From: Patellaria atrata CBS 101060
Lineage: Eukaryota
DNA: 24,235 nucleotides
Reading direction: 5' to 3'
Assembly (NCBI GenBank): GCA_010093705.1
Contig: MU006090.1
Coordinates: 1,949,817-1,974,051 of the forward strand
The position numbers and the translations under genes are program-made. Shown here one piece after another: positions 1 to 10,150 of the stretch. The notes beneath the pieces are model-generated. The model was not told where the DNA came from, made no database searches, and was given only the letters and a program-made list of their open reading frames with translations. Every line of letters starts with the position of its first letter. Position 1 is the first letter of the stretch.

Positions 1-862
1 TTTGTACTCCCCCCGGTGGGGATGGCGCGTCCAGGGGAACTGGTACATGATGGGTTGTGTGGGTTGTGCCCCTCGAGAAGACGGCGGAGAGTTCGCGCTT
101 GGAGAGCTCGTAGAAGAGCACGTAGAGACCGGCGAAGGGCGCGTCGCGGACGGCGGTGGCGCCGAAGCCGGCGAAGAAGCCGCGGGGGCCTTCGGCGCGG
201 AGGATGGTCATGAAGGCCGAGGGGAGGGAGGGGTAGGTGTAGAGGGAGGACTCGAAGCGGACTTTGAGGACTGTGATGGGCATTGTGACGAGGCCGGCGA
301 AGGCGCGGGCCAGGCCGCCGGTTGTGAGGTTTGCTAGGGCGCTGAGTTTGGGCAGGGAGGAACTGGTGGCGGTGGGGTTAGGAGGGTGTGTGGGGTTGGA
401 GGGCGTAGGCGAGGTTGGCCGGAGGAGGGCGGCGTGATGACGGAGCGCGTTGAGGGTGCTGAAGTAGAGGGCCGAGCCGAAGCCGGTGCGGAGGGCTGAG
501 GGGAGGGTGCCGCGCCATAGGGCTTTTATGGGGTGTGGGGAGGAGAGGAGGGAGTGGATCGTTCCGCGGAGGGTTAGGTGCGTGGTTACGGTGCCGTGTT
601 GTTGTAGGCGGGTTTTGAGGAGATCGGCGGGTTGGAGGAGGACTGCGGAGGTTAGACCTGAGGAGAGGCCGGCGAGGAAGTGGGATGCTGGCGTGGATTA
701 GTTTGATGGTTGAAGAGAGGCTGTTTGGGGTTTGATGGTTGAAGGGAGGGTTTGGTGGAGAGGTAGATTGTTAGGGAATGAGATGGGAAGGGTACGTAAG
801 GTATGTATGGGAGAGGATGGCTTACTGGAAGACGACTTGCGCTTTTGGCCGCCATTTGACAT
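1..862 (-). CDS. HEM25: Mitochondrial carrier, Hem25/SLC25A38 type (glycine/IPP carrier); 3' end lies outside the window. Exons 862-826 and 687-<1
   Basis: Manual minus-strand translation, absent from the ORF track. ATG at 862 gives [12 protein letters not shown] 138-nt intron follows (GTAAGC donor at 825, ACTAAT branch, CAG acceptor at 688), then [30 protein letters not shown]...[21 protein letters not shown]...[28 protein letters not shown]...[25 protein letters not shown]. Carrier signature PxDxxKTR is present, and [10 protein letters not shown] and RDAPFAGLY match the SLC25A38 subfamily as I recall it. Confidence 0.9.
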
Positions 863-1311
863 TGCAATTCTTGCATGTGAAGGGGAAAAGAACGAAACGA
901 TATTATCTCTGTGATCCAAACATCTTGAGAGCAGCAGGTAAGATGGTTATAAAAGTTGTTGCTCATGGAGCTTCAGTTTTCGAAAGAGATGGCGGCTCGA
1001 ATTGGTGAGGTCATTTTGGTGAGGTGTGCACGGACTCTTTGTCGATGGATTTCACGTCTCATTAGGTTGGAATACAGAGACAACCGGTGAGTGTTAAGAG
1101 TCATTGGGTTCTATGCTTACGGTCTGCTAATATCTATTCCGCTAGTTCCGAGTATGAGGCTTGGATATGGAGATCAATACAGTGTAGTGGATGGGAGACA
1201 TCGGGGCGTACTGTACGGTACTGTAAGGTCCCTCACCGAGTCACTACTCAGAATCTCACCAGCTAACACACGCTGAATATATGAATTGGTGAAATTGAGG
1301 GTCACGCAAGG

Positions 1312-1348
1312 TGGCTGGATATCAGATGGCTGGATATCAGATGGTTGG
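1312..1348. repeat. Short tandem duplication (TGGCTGGATATCAGA x2 plus a partial third copy)
   Basis: Two exact 15-nt copies at 1312-1326 and 1327-1341, followed by TGGTTGG. Confidence 0.85.
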
Positions 1349-1562
1349 GGACCAGGATAAGTGAGATGGTTGAGCAGGCAATACTATAAGATAGCACAGG
1401 CACCCACTCCAGATAGTTGACAATCAATGAACACTCTTACCCTTCTATCTACTACCTTAGCTCATACCTGTGTGGATTTTATCATGAATAGCACGGCATG
1501 TTATTAGGCTGTACGCGCTCCAGTTTGTACAGTACAGTACAGGCCAGGCGTGCAGAGATGGA

Positions 1563-1701
1563 GCCATCCAGTAAGGGCCATCCAGTAAAGGCCATCCAGT
1601 AAAGGCCATTCAGTAAGGGTCATTCAGTGAGGGCCATTCAGTGAGGGCCATTCAGTGAGGGCCATTCAGTAAGGGCCATTCAATGAGGACCATTCAATGA
1701 G
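1563..1701. repeat. Minisatellite, ~10 copies of a 14-bp unit (consensus GCCATTCAGTRAGG)
   Basis: Units start at 1563, 1577, 1591, 1605, 1619, 1633, 1647, 1661, 1675 and 1689, with no spacers. Confidence 0.95.
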
Positions 1702-2142
1702 CATTCAGGGGATTAACGACCCGTACTTGCGCTGTACAGTACACAAGATCATTATGGTACATGTACATGCGAATAGTAGATTCTTTTGAAGTGATAAAAA
1801 AATTCCTTGACAAAGGATAATCGGAGTCGGGTTTTGCAGAGGTTGTCCTTTATACTGTACGCCTTGTCCGTACTGTACCGTACAGTAGACACCTCCGGTC
1901 CTCCGCAACTTAACCACGCATCCGTACATACGTATGTATATGTCCATATCTTACCCATCAAGGAAACCTGTTTCTACCCGTACAGAAGACGCGCGCCTAC
2001 ATAAACCACTGTAGTTACAGTATATCTTCGTATAATGTTCTGGAGACGAGATGAGATGAAGAAAATCAAGAAAATGAGAAACGGTCGGTTCATCTCAAGT
2101 TCCGCCAAGACGAGCTGCCACGTCCACGTTTTTCGGCAATTT

Positions 2143-2152
2143 GACCAATCAG
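2143..2152 (+). promoter_or_regulatory. CCAAT box (candidate Hap/CBC site) upstream of the giant ORF
   Basis: GACCAATCAG matches the extended CCAAT consensus. It directly precedes a C/T-rich stretch typical of fungal transcription start regions. Confidence 0.45.
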
Positions 2153-2572
2153 TGACATCGCCTAACCTTGAATTCCCCTTTTGGCCTTCCCATCTTAAAT
2201 CTTGACAGCCAACAACTCATCCCCGTCAAAGGTCAAGTCAACCTTCAATTCTATCAAACCCTCTTACCCTCCCGCAATGCTGCTCCAACCCGGCAACGCG
2301 TCAAGAAACATCTTGCATACCCAAATTTACCCCTCAGTCTCTCCTTTCGCAGAACTACACTCTCTTTTGTAATACAACTTAATCATCAGCGCGTCAGCTC
2401 TCAACACTCATTACACATCCCCGGACTGAACGCGTCTGCTTGGCTGGACAAGCTCGAATAGCTACAACACCACTATCCTGACCGTATTCGTATGGCCATC
2501 GCAGGTTCCATCTCTCTCCGATAACTATCGTGGGAGGTTTGGACTGCTTCTGTTGAGTAATTGGTCCTTTGG

Positions 2573-5500
2573 ATGCAAGCTCGACGAGCCTTTACCCCCT
2601 CTCCGACCCTACCGTCATCACCGCCTCCTTTCCCTACGAGCCAGGATCGTTCAAACGTAGGTCCTACAGAGGACCGGCTCGATTCTTCCCCCGCGCGGAC
2701 TCTTTGGACGGCTCCCTCGCCTACCCAGACTCTTGGATACTCAAGCCCAGAGCTCCCTGGCTTACCCTCACTCCCCAATCTAGGGGTTGTGTCTAATAGT
2801 CCGTCTTCTTCGGTTCAGCATCCGACTGATACCTCATACTACACTGCCAGTTGGGGTTCGCCATACAGGAGACCACCACCGGGTGTTGCGCGATCGGCGG
2901 AATACGGATCCTGGGGTTTGAATAGTGACGAAGTAGAGGGTGAATCCTCAGAGATACAATTCGGGTTAGATCATCTGCTTCCATCTTTAGTCGAGAGGGA
3001 TCCAGAGTTTGGACTGGAACATCTCTTGCCCTCGCTTCTCCCTGCCGAGATTCAAGCAGAGCTGGTAACACCTACGCGACCGTCCCATCCCACAGCTCCT
3101 GAACAAGTACAAGCTACTCCTCGCCCTATCGATAGATCATCACTCCGAGACCTTGATCAGAGCTTCTTTACTGATTCCGGAAAGGACTGGATCAGAGAAT
3201 ATATTACCAGTCAGTTGGACACAGAGGAGGGAAAACGGTGGAGCGACGAGTCTGGAGACAGTAAAACTCAAGGTGGGAGCACGAGAAGACGTACACCGCA
3301 GGGCAAGGAGTTCTTACTGGCTGAAAATTCGAGCAATACCACATCGCCTTTGGCGCAGCGACAGAAGCCAAAGACACATAAGTCTCGTCAAAGTAATTTG
3401 ACCCTGAGACAAGAAGATTTCTTTGAGCTCCTCAACCAGAAAGGAAAGCAAGAGTTCGAAAAGATGATGTCCTCAAGGTACGCAGATCCTGCGGTAGCAC
3501 AACAAGCACCCACGCGAAAACCAGCTTCTTCTGTTGCGGTTGAAAAACCACTCCCTCCATCCCCCGATGCTGCTGCTCAACCTTCATTGCCTCGCCCGAA
3601 TGGGCGGATTCAACTCTCCAGACACGATCCAAACTTCGGCAAAAGTCAGCCGACTATGCCTCTTGAAAATCACAACTCAGTCGATGCTGTACCCCAAGTC
3701 GCGGAGCCGGTTCCCCAGCAGGTTGAGACTAAGCCTCCGCCCCAGAGTAGCACTCCAGTCCCCCGACTCAAGAAACGTGTTCTTTGGCGAGGTAGGAATT
3801 GCATGATATTGATTCCTCGGGATCCCACTAGGGGCACTGAAGGAGGTCCTCCCAAACCTCTTGAACCGTCAGAAGTAGCTGCTCGCTTGCGAAGATATGA
3901 GTCAGCAGGTTACGATGTCCGAGGTTATGATCACCGTCAAGGTGAAGATGACTTTGTGGAGGAGAAGGGGACTGCTCAGAATCGAGAAATATACCCAACC
4001 CCAGAGGAAGACTATGAAGTTCGAAAGAGCAAAAACTTCGTCGTCCATGTCCCAAACAGAGCAGATTGGGAGGAATATATGAACTTCCTCACCGAGCAGA
4101 AGCTACGAGCATTGGGTGTTTCGTTGGGCGACGACGAACCACAAGAATCACCTGTTCTATCCCGTCGATCATCCTCTCAATACCCACCTTTACCATTCTC
4201 TCCTCCTATACCAACATCATCTTCAGACAGTCAACGACCAGTATTCCCTGGCGTTATTAGGACCGGGTCATTCCCTGTTGGTCCTTCCCCTGGCCATTCG
4301 TCAACCCGCTCAATCGCGTCACCTATATCGATATTTGGTAACCCTAGAGGGGCTATGCAGCATATGCACCGACACTCGACATTCACTTCTCCGGCAAGTT
4401 TCATGCATAAACAATCGAGTTCACCTGGAATTTCGACATGGTCTCCACAGCAGTATCTTAATCAACAGGGTTTTGCGCGAGGGGGTTCACCTGCTCTTCC
4501 TCCGCTTCCTAACAGTAGGCCGGACCTGTCAGACATTGTATCTCCCAATTCTCCATTTGGATCGAAGGCACAGCAACAATTTCCTTTTCCTCAGCAGAAC
4601 GATGTTCTGTTAGCCCAACTTCAGCAGCAGCAACAACTTTTGCAGGCGCAACTCATGCAGCAGCAGCAGCAGCAGCAGCAGCAACATGGTTATTCTAATA
4701 CACGACCATCGTCAACGCTGCAGGAAGTTCCAGAAGCTGAATATGAGGATGAACCACCTGTTCAAAATAATACCGTTGCACGTGAAGATCCGGTAATTGC
4801 GGTTCCTCAGCCACGCGGTCACCAACACAACATCAGTGCAGGTCTTGAACGCGACATTCACAGTGCTGAATATCATCTAGAAAAGGCGATTGATAAGCAA
4901 CTGGATGAAGGTGGTGACTTTAACACTGAGTCTAGATTTGGAGAGCCCGGGCTTGTGAAGAATGCCCAACCGAAAGCAAATGGAGAAATATGGCATGATA
5001 GGACCATGCCTGTGCAACATATCTTACATCAACCACAACCTCACAATAGGGCTCATTCTTTGACTAAGAGACCACAGTCCGGCACGCTTGATTTTGGGAT
5101 CGATGAAGGCCAATCCATTGCCGAAGATGATACAGTCAATGCTAAGAGTCCCTCCGAAGTCGAGACCAACCCTAGCGTAAATGGTGATGCTGATGGTAGC
5201 ACTCTTCACTCAAAGAAGCCGTCAGAGATTATCAACTCTTGGAGTGATGGACAGCTACCACGGGAGAATGCTGAGCCACAGTTAGCAAATCACCACCCTC
5301 GCCCAAGCCATGTATCCAAACCATCAATGTCGAAGCTCAATGTTGAAGCGAAGGAGTTCAAGTTCAACCCAGCGGCATCCTTCAGTCCTAATAGCTTTAC
5401 ATTCTCCGCATCGTCTTTCGAACAGTCGAAGGCTTCTGCGCCATCATCTCATGTGGCAAGTAACCAACACTCCACTAAATCATCCGTGGAGGGTATGTCT

Positions 5501-8500
5501 AGGACTTTGAATGTCGAAGCACCAAGTTTCAAGCCGAGTGGTTTCACAAACTTCAGCATGCCCACCGGCGAATTTTGTTTCTTGTCCAAGGGGCTATCTT
5601 TCAAGCCAACTGCGCCCGAGTTCAAGCCAGGCTCTTCCGTCTCCAAAACAGTGACAGATCCTGTTCCCGAGGAAGCGGAAGATCCTAACCGTATCTTTAA
5701 ACTGAAGTTTGGAGAAATTGTTAGGCCTGCTAAGCAATCGAAAGCTGTCCCGATTGTACGACCCGATCGAAACGCTCATATGAATGATGAATCAATCCAA
5801 GAGGACGAATTTGGCCGGCTAGGTCAAGCTGACGGATATCAAAAACGCGTAAGGAGAGGACCTGGTGGGGATGGAAATGATGTTCCTCAGTTTGCTATTC
5901 CCACTCATCCTCTAAGTGAGACGACCGACTTCCAGACCATCAGGAAGGACGAATCAAGGGATCAGAAAGTAAAACCTTTAGACAAGGAAAATGTTGCGCC
6001 AGATGACGGATCCGATGTTGCTCAACACTCCAGCGCAACGCCGTTCGCGCTTCAAGAGAAAGCGAACATGGGTACGGTGGATATACCTTCTCTCGATCAA
6101 AATCTGCCCAGCTTTCCAGCACCTTCTCAAAGAGCCGCGTCAGCAGAACCTACAGCCCCTATCAAGAAGCATGCAAGCAAGAACTCTTTATCTGCTACTG
6201 CGAAACCATTCGAGTTCAGATCGAACAATGGAGCTTTCGACTTTGGATTGCACGTCACCAAACCTTCATTCGAACAGGCTGATAAGGTTGAGCGGAGCCA
6301 ACAACTGGCGAGCGAAACTCCAACGCGCTTTCAAAGCAGAAGTCCTGCCACAACTTTCCGGCACAGTGATGATGGTTCATACAAGACTGCTCCGGAACCG
6401 AGAAGACACCTTCCGTATCCTGATAGCGAGGAGGGTGATTTCGATTCTTTTGTTCCTCCTACATACCAAGAAATTGATGACGTTATGAAACAGTTGGATG
6501 CAGAAGGATCCGATTTCGGAATCGTACAAGAGGAGGAGTCATGGGATCAGTCAAGTCCAAAGAGATTATCCAGAGATTATGATCCGACTGACCTTAGACC
6601 CGTACAACACTTCCGTAGTGATGCTCCAAGCCCAAGCCCTCGTCGTCTCTATACAAACACGCTAGATACTGGTGCTACCTCCACTCCAGTTACTCATGAT
6701 CCATTCAGTGATGAACGCGCAGGGCAAGCATACGAATCTCCCGTACATCGTCTCAACGATGGAGATGATATTCCTATTAGCGAGTGGGGTGATGTTGTAT
6801 CATCAACCGAGGAAGACAAGTTCCATTCGAGGATTAACTTCTTCGATAGTCACGTTGATAATCTTATCGGTGCGGTACTATCAAAGCGTCTAGATCCTAT
6901 AGAGCAGACACTACAAGCTGTTCAGGAATCAATTGGTCTATTTTCGCAACCTGACTATGCTAGACGTTCTCGGCGTAGTGCTTCTGCTATGGAAAGTGAC
7001 GCCGATGATGAGGATGATGAACTACCTGCAGAATCTAATCTCCGGAACAGATCACCACGGAAGGATCGTAAGCTGGAGAAGATGCGAAGCATTATTGTCG
7101 AGGCTCTTGCAGCTTATCAGCCCCAGCAAGAAATACGCGAATCTCCTTCCATTGATCCCACCGAGTTTTACCAGGCGCTTGCGGATATCAAGACCTCTTT
7201 CGCAAGATCAACTGCGACGAATGACTATATCGAGAATATCAAAGAAGTCATCCAAAGTGCATTGTCTGATCAGCAACTTGCAGTCATTGAGAGTCGCGAA
7301 AATGATATCATCAATGAAAGCACTACACGTATTTCGGAGCTAGAGAACGCTTTGAAGGAGGCCAACCTACGGTTGGAGTCTGAAGTTGAAAATCACCGTT
7401 CTACACAGCAACGACATAATGATACTCAGCGATTACTAGATCTAACCGAAGAAGAATTGAGCCTTCTCAAAGAGTCTTCAAGAGACGACAGGAATAAACT
7501 TCGAGCTGCTACAGAGGAAATACATTCAGTCAGGTTGAATAGTGTAACTTTAGAAGCAGCCCAGGATGATTTACGTAAGAAGCTGTCCGCAGTTACTGCT
7601 CAAAACGAGGCGCTGGAAGCTACACTAGAGGAATATCGGATTTCAAGCGCGCAGTGGCGGAAAGACATTGATGAAGCCGACCAGGAGAAGTCTCGTCTAA
7701 AGAGTGTTACGGCTGCATTACAAATACAAATTGAAGAGGCCATGCAGATTAGAAGTACGATGCGCGACAGACTTGACATTCTGCAAAGAGAGATGATCAC
7801 CGCTGCTGGACAGGTAGCTCATGAGAAATCTCAATGGCAAGATGAGATCCAAGAACACCGCACGAGATATGAGATATTAAGTGCCAGGATCGAAGCCGAA
7901 GCCCGCACTCGGGAGAGATTAGAAAAGGAAATGGAACGGCTTGAGTTACAGGAGCGGGAAGCTATGAGGTTGAAAGTTACGTTGGAACATACTCAACACG
8001 CTTATTCCCGTCTTGAAGAAACCGTTAATACTTTGCGTCTCGAAAATACAGAGCACCAGAAGACAGCTGAACGCTATGAGCGCGAATTCCGCGAAGCTCG
8101 AGATGCTGGCCGTGTAGAAGTAGAACGCACCCGGCGCCTTATGGAGGCCGACGTTGAAAACGCCAACAACCAAGTTAACATGGTCCGTGCAGACCTCGAA
8201 AGAGAGTTGACTAGAGTTCGAGCAGAGCTTGACAGCGTTCGTATGGAAGCTGATACTACTAAAGAAAAACATGCACTCATGCTCGAGCAAGAAGCTGATG
8301 CGCGTAGAGATGCACTACGTGAAGCTAGCAATGCTCGTAACATCGCTTTCAAAGAACAGCATCACAAGTACGAGCAACATGTAAATGAGCTCAAACAGCA
8401 ACATAGCAGGGCTATCCATATCGCACACGAGGACAAGGAACGTGCGGAACTACATCTTAATGAGCGTCTTGCTCTCTCTGATGCTAAGGTTGAACATCTT

Positions 8501-9460
8501 CGAGATAAAGTACTGCACTTGGAGGAAAAGCTTGAAGTCGCCAAGTCTGCTGCACAAGCTGCTGTTGAGGCTGCCAAAGCCGCCAAAGTTCCAGCATCTG
8601 CAGTCTCTTCTGGTTCATATGAGAAGGTCTCTCCTCAAGCGCTCCGTGAATCTATTCTCGTCTTGCAAGAACAGCTTCAGGAACGAGAGGGACGAATCGA
8701 GAGCCTCGAACACCAATTGTCATCGCTTGACACTGAGGCTCCGAACAAGTTGAAGGAGCGTGATACTGAGATCGGTTGGCTTAGAGAGCTCCTTGGTGTT
8801 CGTGTTGACGACTTATCTGATTTGATTACTGCTCTATCACAACCAGCGTATGACCGCGAGGCGGTGCGGGACGCTGCCATTCGCATCCGCTCCAACTTGC
8901 AAATGGAGCAACAAGAGAAGGAAAGATTGATCAATGGTGGTCAAAACTTCCCTACTCTCGCAAGCTTATCCAATTTCGCTTCTCCAAAAGCAGTACAACT
9001 TGCTGCCGCATTCGGGAACTGGCGTAAGGGAAATGGGTCGAGTAAACTAGCACAGACTTCATCTTCGAATTCCAGCCGAACTCAGACGCCATCGAAACCA
9101 TCTCCAGCAGTCTCTACTCCAGGGTTCTTGTCAGGACTCATGACTCCTCCAACATCTAACCTCCGCCGTACACCGGAACCCAGCAGTGCCGGTGCTTCTA
9201 AAGCACCACAAATGCCTACAGGACGGCTTGAGCGTGGATTAGATCTCCCCAGCTTGTCTTCAAGACGACAGGAGAAGCAAGCTATCCCATCAACCCCGCC
9301 ACTGTTACGCAAGGCATCATATGATCGCGATGCCGAAGATGGGGATTACAGCGTCAATGGTTTCTATGACGACGAAGAGAGTACTATGGATGGGAATCCT
9401 GCAGATAGACAGGATAACTTTTCGAGATTTGGTCCAGGACTTCATTCTCAGTTGTCCTAA
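2573..9460 (+). CDS. Intronless ~2295-aa protein: disordered S/P/Q-rich N-terminal part, 4-5 PAM2-like motifs and a long C-terminal coiled coil. I recall this family being auto-annotated as myosin class II heavy chain, but it has no motor domain
   Basis: Continuous 6.9-kb ORF. The first ATG is at 2573 (the track start at 2561 is TTG). Contains polyQ and a heptad-rich E/R/K/L/A region of roughly aa 1590-2130. No myosin P-loop (GESGAGKT). Confidence 0.9.
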   Translation: MQARRAFTPSPTLPSSPPPFPTSQDRSNVGPTEDRLDSSPARTLWTAPSPTQTLGYSSPELPGLPSLPNLGVVSNSPSSSVQHPTDTSYYTASWGSPYRRPPPGVARSAEYGSWGLNSDEVEGESSEIQFGLDHLLPSLVERDPEFGLEHLLPSLLPAEIQAELVTPTRPSHPTAPEQVQATPRPIDRSSLRDLDQSFFTDSGKDWIREYITSQLDTEEGKRWSDESGDSKTQGGSTRRRTPQGKEFLLAENSSNTTSPLAQRQKPKTHKSRQSNLTLRQEDFFELLNQKGKQEFEKMMSSRYADPAVAQQAPTRKPASSVAVEKPLPPSPDAAAQPSLPRPNGRIQLSRHDPNFGKSQPTMPLENHNSVDAVPQVAEPVPQQVETKPPPQSSTPVPRLKKRVLWRGRNCMILIPRDPTRGTEGGPPKPLEPSEVAARLRRYESAGYDVRGYDHRQGEDDFVEEKGTAQNREIYPTPEEDYEVRKSKNFVVHVPNRADWEEYMNFLTEQKLRALGVSLGDDEPQESPVLSRRSSSQYPPLPFSPPIPTSSSDSQRPVFPGVIRTGSFPVGPSPGHSSTRSIASPISIFGNPRGAMQHMHRHSTFTSPASFMHKQSSSPGISTWSPQQYLNQQGFARGGSPALPPLPNSRPDLSDIVSPNSPFGSKAQQQFPFPQQNDVLLAQLQQQQQLLQAQLMQQQQQQQQQHGYSNTRPSSTLQEVPEAEYEDEPPVQNNTVAREDPVIAVPQPRGHQHNISAGLERDIHSAEYHLEKAIDKQLDEGGDFNTESRFGEPGLVKNAQPKANGEIWHDRTMPVQHILHQPQPHNRAHSLTKRPQSGTLDFGIDEGQSIAEDDTVNAKSPSEVETNPSVNGDADGSTLHSKKPSEIINSWSDGQLPRENAEPQLANHHPRPSHVSKPSMSKLNVEAKEFKFNPAASFSPNSFTFSASSFEQSKASAPSSHVASNQHSTKSSVEGMSRTLNVEAPSFKPSGFTNFSMPTGEFCFLSKGLSFKPTAPEFKPGSSVSKTVTDPVPEEAEDPNRIFKLKFGEIVRPAKQSKAVPIVRPDRNAHMNDESIQEDEFGRLGQADGYQKRVRRGPGGDGNDVPQFAIPTHPLSETTDFQTIRKDESRDQKVKPLDKENVAPDDGSDVAQHSSATPFALQEKANMGTVDIPSLDQNLPSFPAPSQRAASAEPTAPIKKHASKNSLSATAKPFEFRSNNGAFDFGLHVTKPSFEQADKVERSQQLASETPTRFQSRSPATTFRHSDDGSYKTAPEPRRHLPYPDSEEGDFDSFVPPTYQEIDDVMKQLDAEGSDFGIVQEEESWDQSSPKRLSRDYDPTDLRPVQHFRSDAPSPSPRRLYTNTLDTGATSTPVTHDPFSDERAGQAYESPVHRLNDGDDIPISEWGDVVSSTEEDKFHSRINFFDSHVDNLIGAVLSKRLDPIEQTLQAVQESIGLFSQPDYARRSRRSASAMESDADDEDDELPAESNLRNRSPRKDRKLEKMRSIIVEALAAYQPQQEIRESPSIDPTEFYQALADIKTSFARSTATNDYIENIKEVIQSALSDQQLAVIESRENDIINESTTRISELENALKEANLRLESEVENHRSTQQRHNDTQRLLDLTEEELSLLKESSRDDRNKLRAATEEIHSVRLNSVTLEAAQDDLRKKLSAVTAQNEALEATLEEYRISSAQWRKDIDEADQEKSRLKSVTAALQIQIEEAMQIRSTMRDRLDILQREMITAAGQVAHEKSQWQDEIQEHRTRYEILSARIEAEARTRERLEKEMERLELQEREAMRLKVTLEHTQHAYSRLEETVNTLRLENTEHQKTAERYEREFREARDAGRVEVERTRRLMEADVENANNQVNMVRADLERELTRVRAELDSVRMEADTTKEKHALMLEQEADARRDALREASNARNIAFKEQHHKYEQHVNELKQQHSRAIHIAHEDKERAELHLNERLALSDAKVEHLRDKVLHLEEKLEVAKSAAQAAVEAAKAAKVPASAVSSGSYEKVSPQALRESILVLQEQLQEREGRIESLEHQLSSLDTEAPNKLKERDTEIGWLRELLGVRVDDLSDLITALSQPAYDREAVRDAAIRIRSNLQMEQQEKERLINGGQNFPTLASLSNFASPKAVQLAAAFGNWRKGNGSSKLAQTSSSNSSRTQTPSKPSPAVSTPGFLSGLMTPPTSNLRRTPEPSSAGASKAPQMPTGRLERGLDLPSLSSRRQEKQAIPSTPPLLRKASYDRDAEDGDYSVNGFYDDEESTMDGNPADRQDNFSRFGPGLHSQLS
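4658..4684 (+). repeat. Coding (CAG)8CAA microsatellite encoding Q9, preceded by a Q5 run
   Basis: Read directly; translates as LQQQQQLLQAQLMQQQQQQQQQH. Confidence 0.95.
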
Positions 9461-10150
9461 ATTGGAACTCAGCAAATATGAAACCCTTTCTTTTGTTAAA
9501 CAATTTCCTATGTAAAGTCTCTTTAGCCGTGTCCATTCATTTCATTTTGGTTTTTGATACCCTGGACAGCGTACAGAATGGACAGAACGGTACAGAAATA
9601 TCCATCAGATTGTATAACTTCTCCTTGCACGTGTACTTGCTTAAATTGATAACTCGCGTCTACGTACGCTTGCTGTTTCTCCTTCTATCTTTGCTCTTGG
9701 AAAAATGGGTGATGGGGGATGGCAGTCTTGTCAAATACTTTCTCTCCTTATGGTGCATAGCGCGGCGAGCTTTTCGGGCGCTGTCCTTCGTTTCGGAATA
9801 TCGATGGTTGGAGGAGGTGCGAAGGTGACTTTTTGTAGCTCAAAATAATAGAGGTCTTATATGTTCTGTGGTTTTTCTGTTAGTACATGTGGTGATTGAT
9901 ATATCTGTGGCACCAATTCCCAACCTAACTAACATTATGCATGTGATATACCATTATAGATTCAATTCAGTACATACAACAAAACTGTGCGGTACAGGTA
10001 TCAGATATCACGGAACTTATTCCGAAGATAGCCGGGCCGAAGGTGAGATGCCGCAAACTCCACCTTACATCCGACTATGATGTAGCCTCTTCAACTTTCC
10101 TTAAACTCTACCCCCAACATTTCTCTTTTAACAAACATCCACCGATAACC

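Noticed and set aside
2..1008. Plus-strand ORFs 2-337, 16-213, 486-701, 732-914 and 778-1008
   Set aside because: Antisense shadows of the C-rich HEM25 gene with no recognisable motifs.
1563..1701. CRISPR-like repeat array
   Set aside because: Units are contiguous 14-mers without unique spacers, in a eukaryotic genome with no cas genes; it is a minisatellite.
2573..9460. Myosin II heavy chain annotation
   Set aside because: No motor domain, P-loop or IQ motifs; the resemblance is limited to generic coiled coil.
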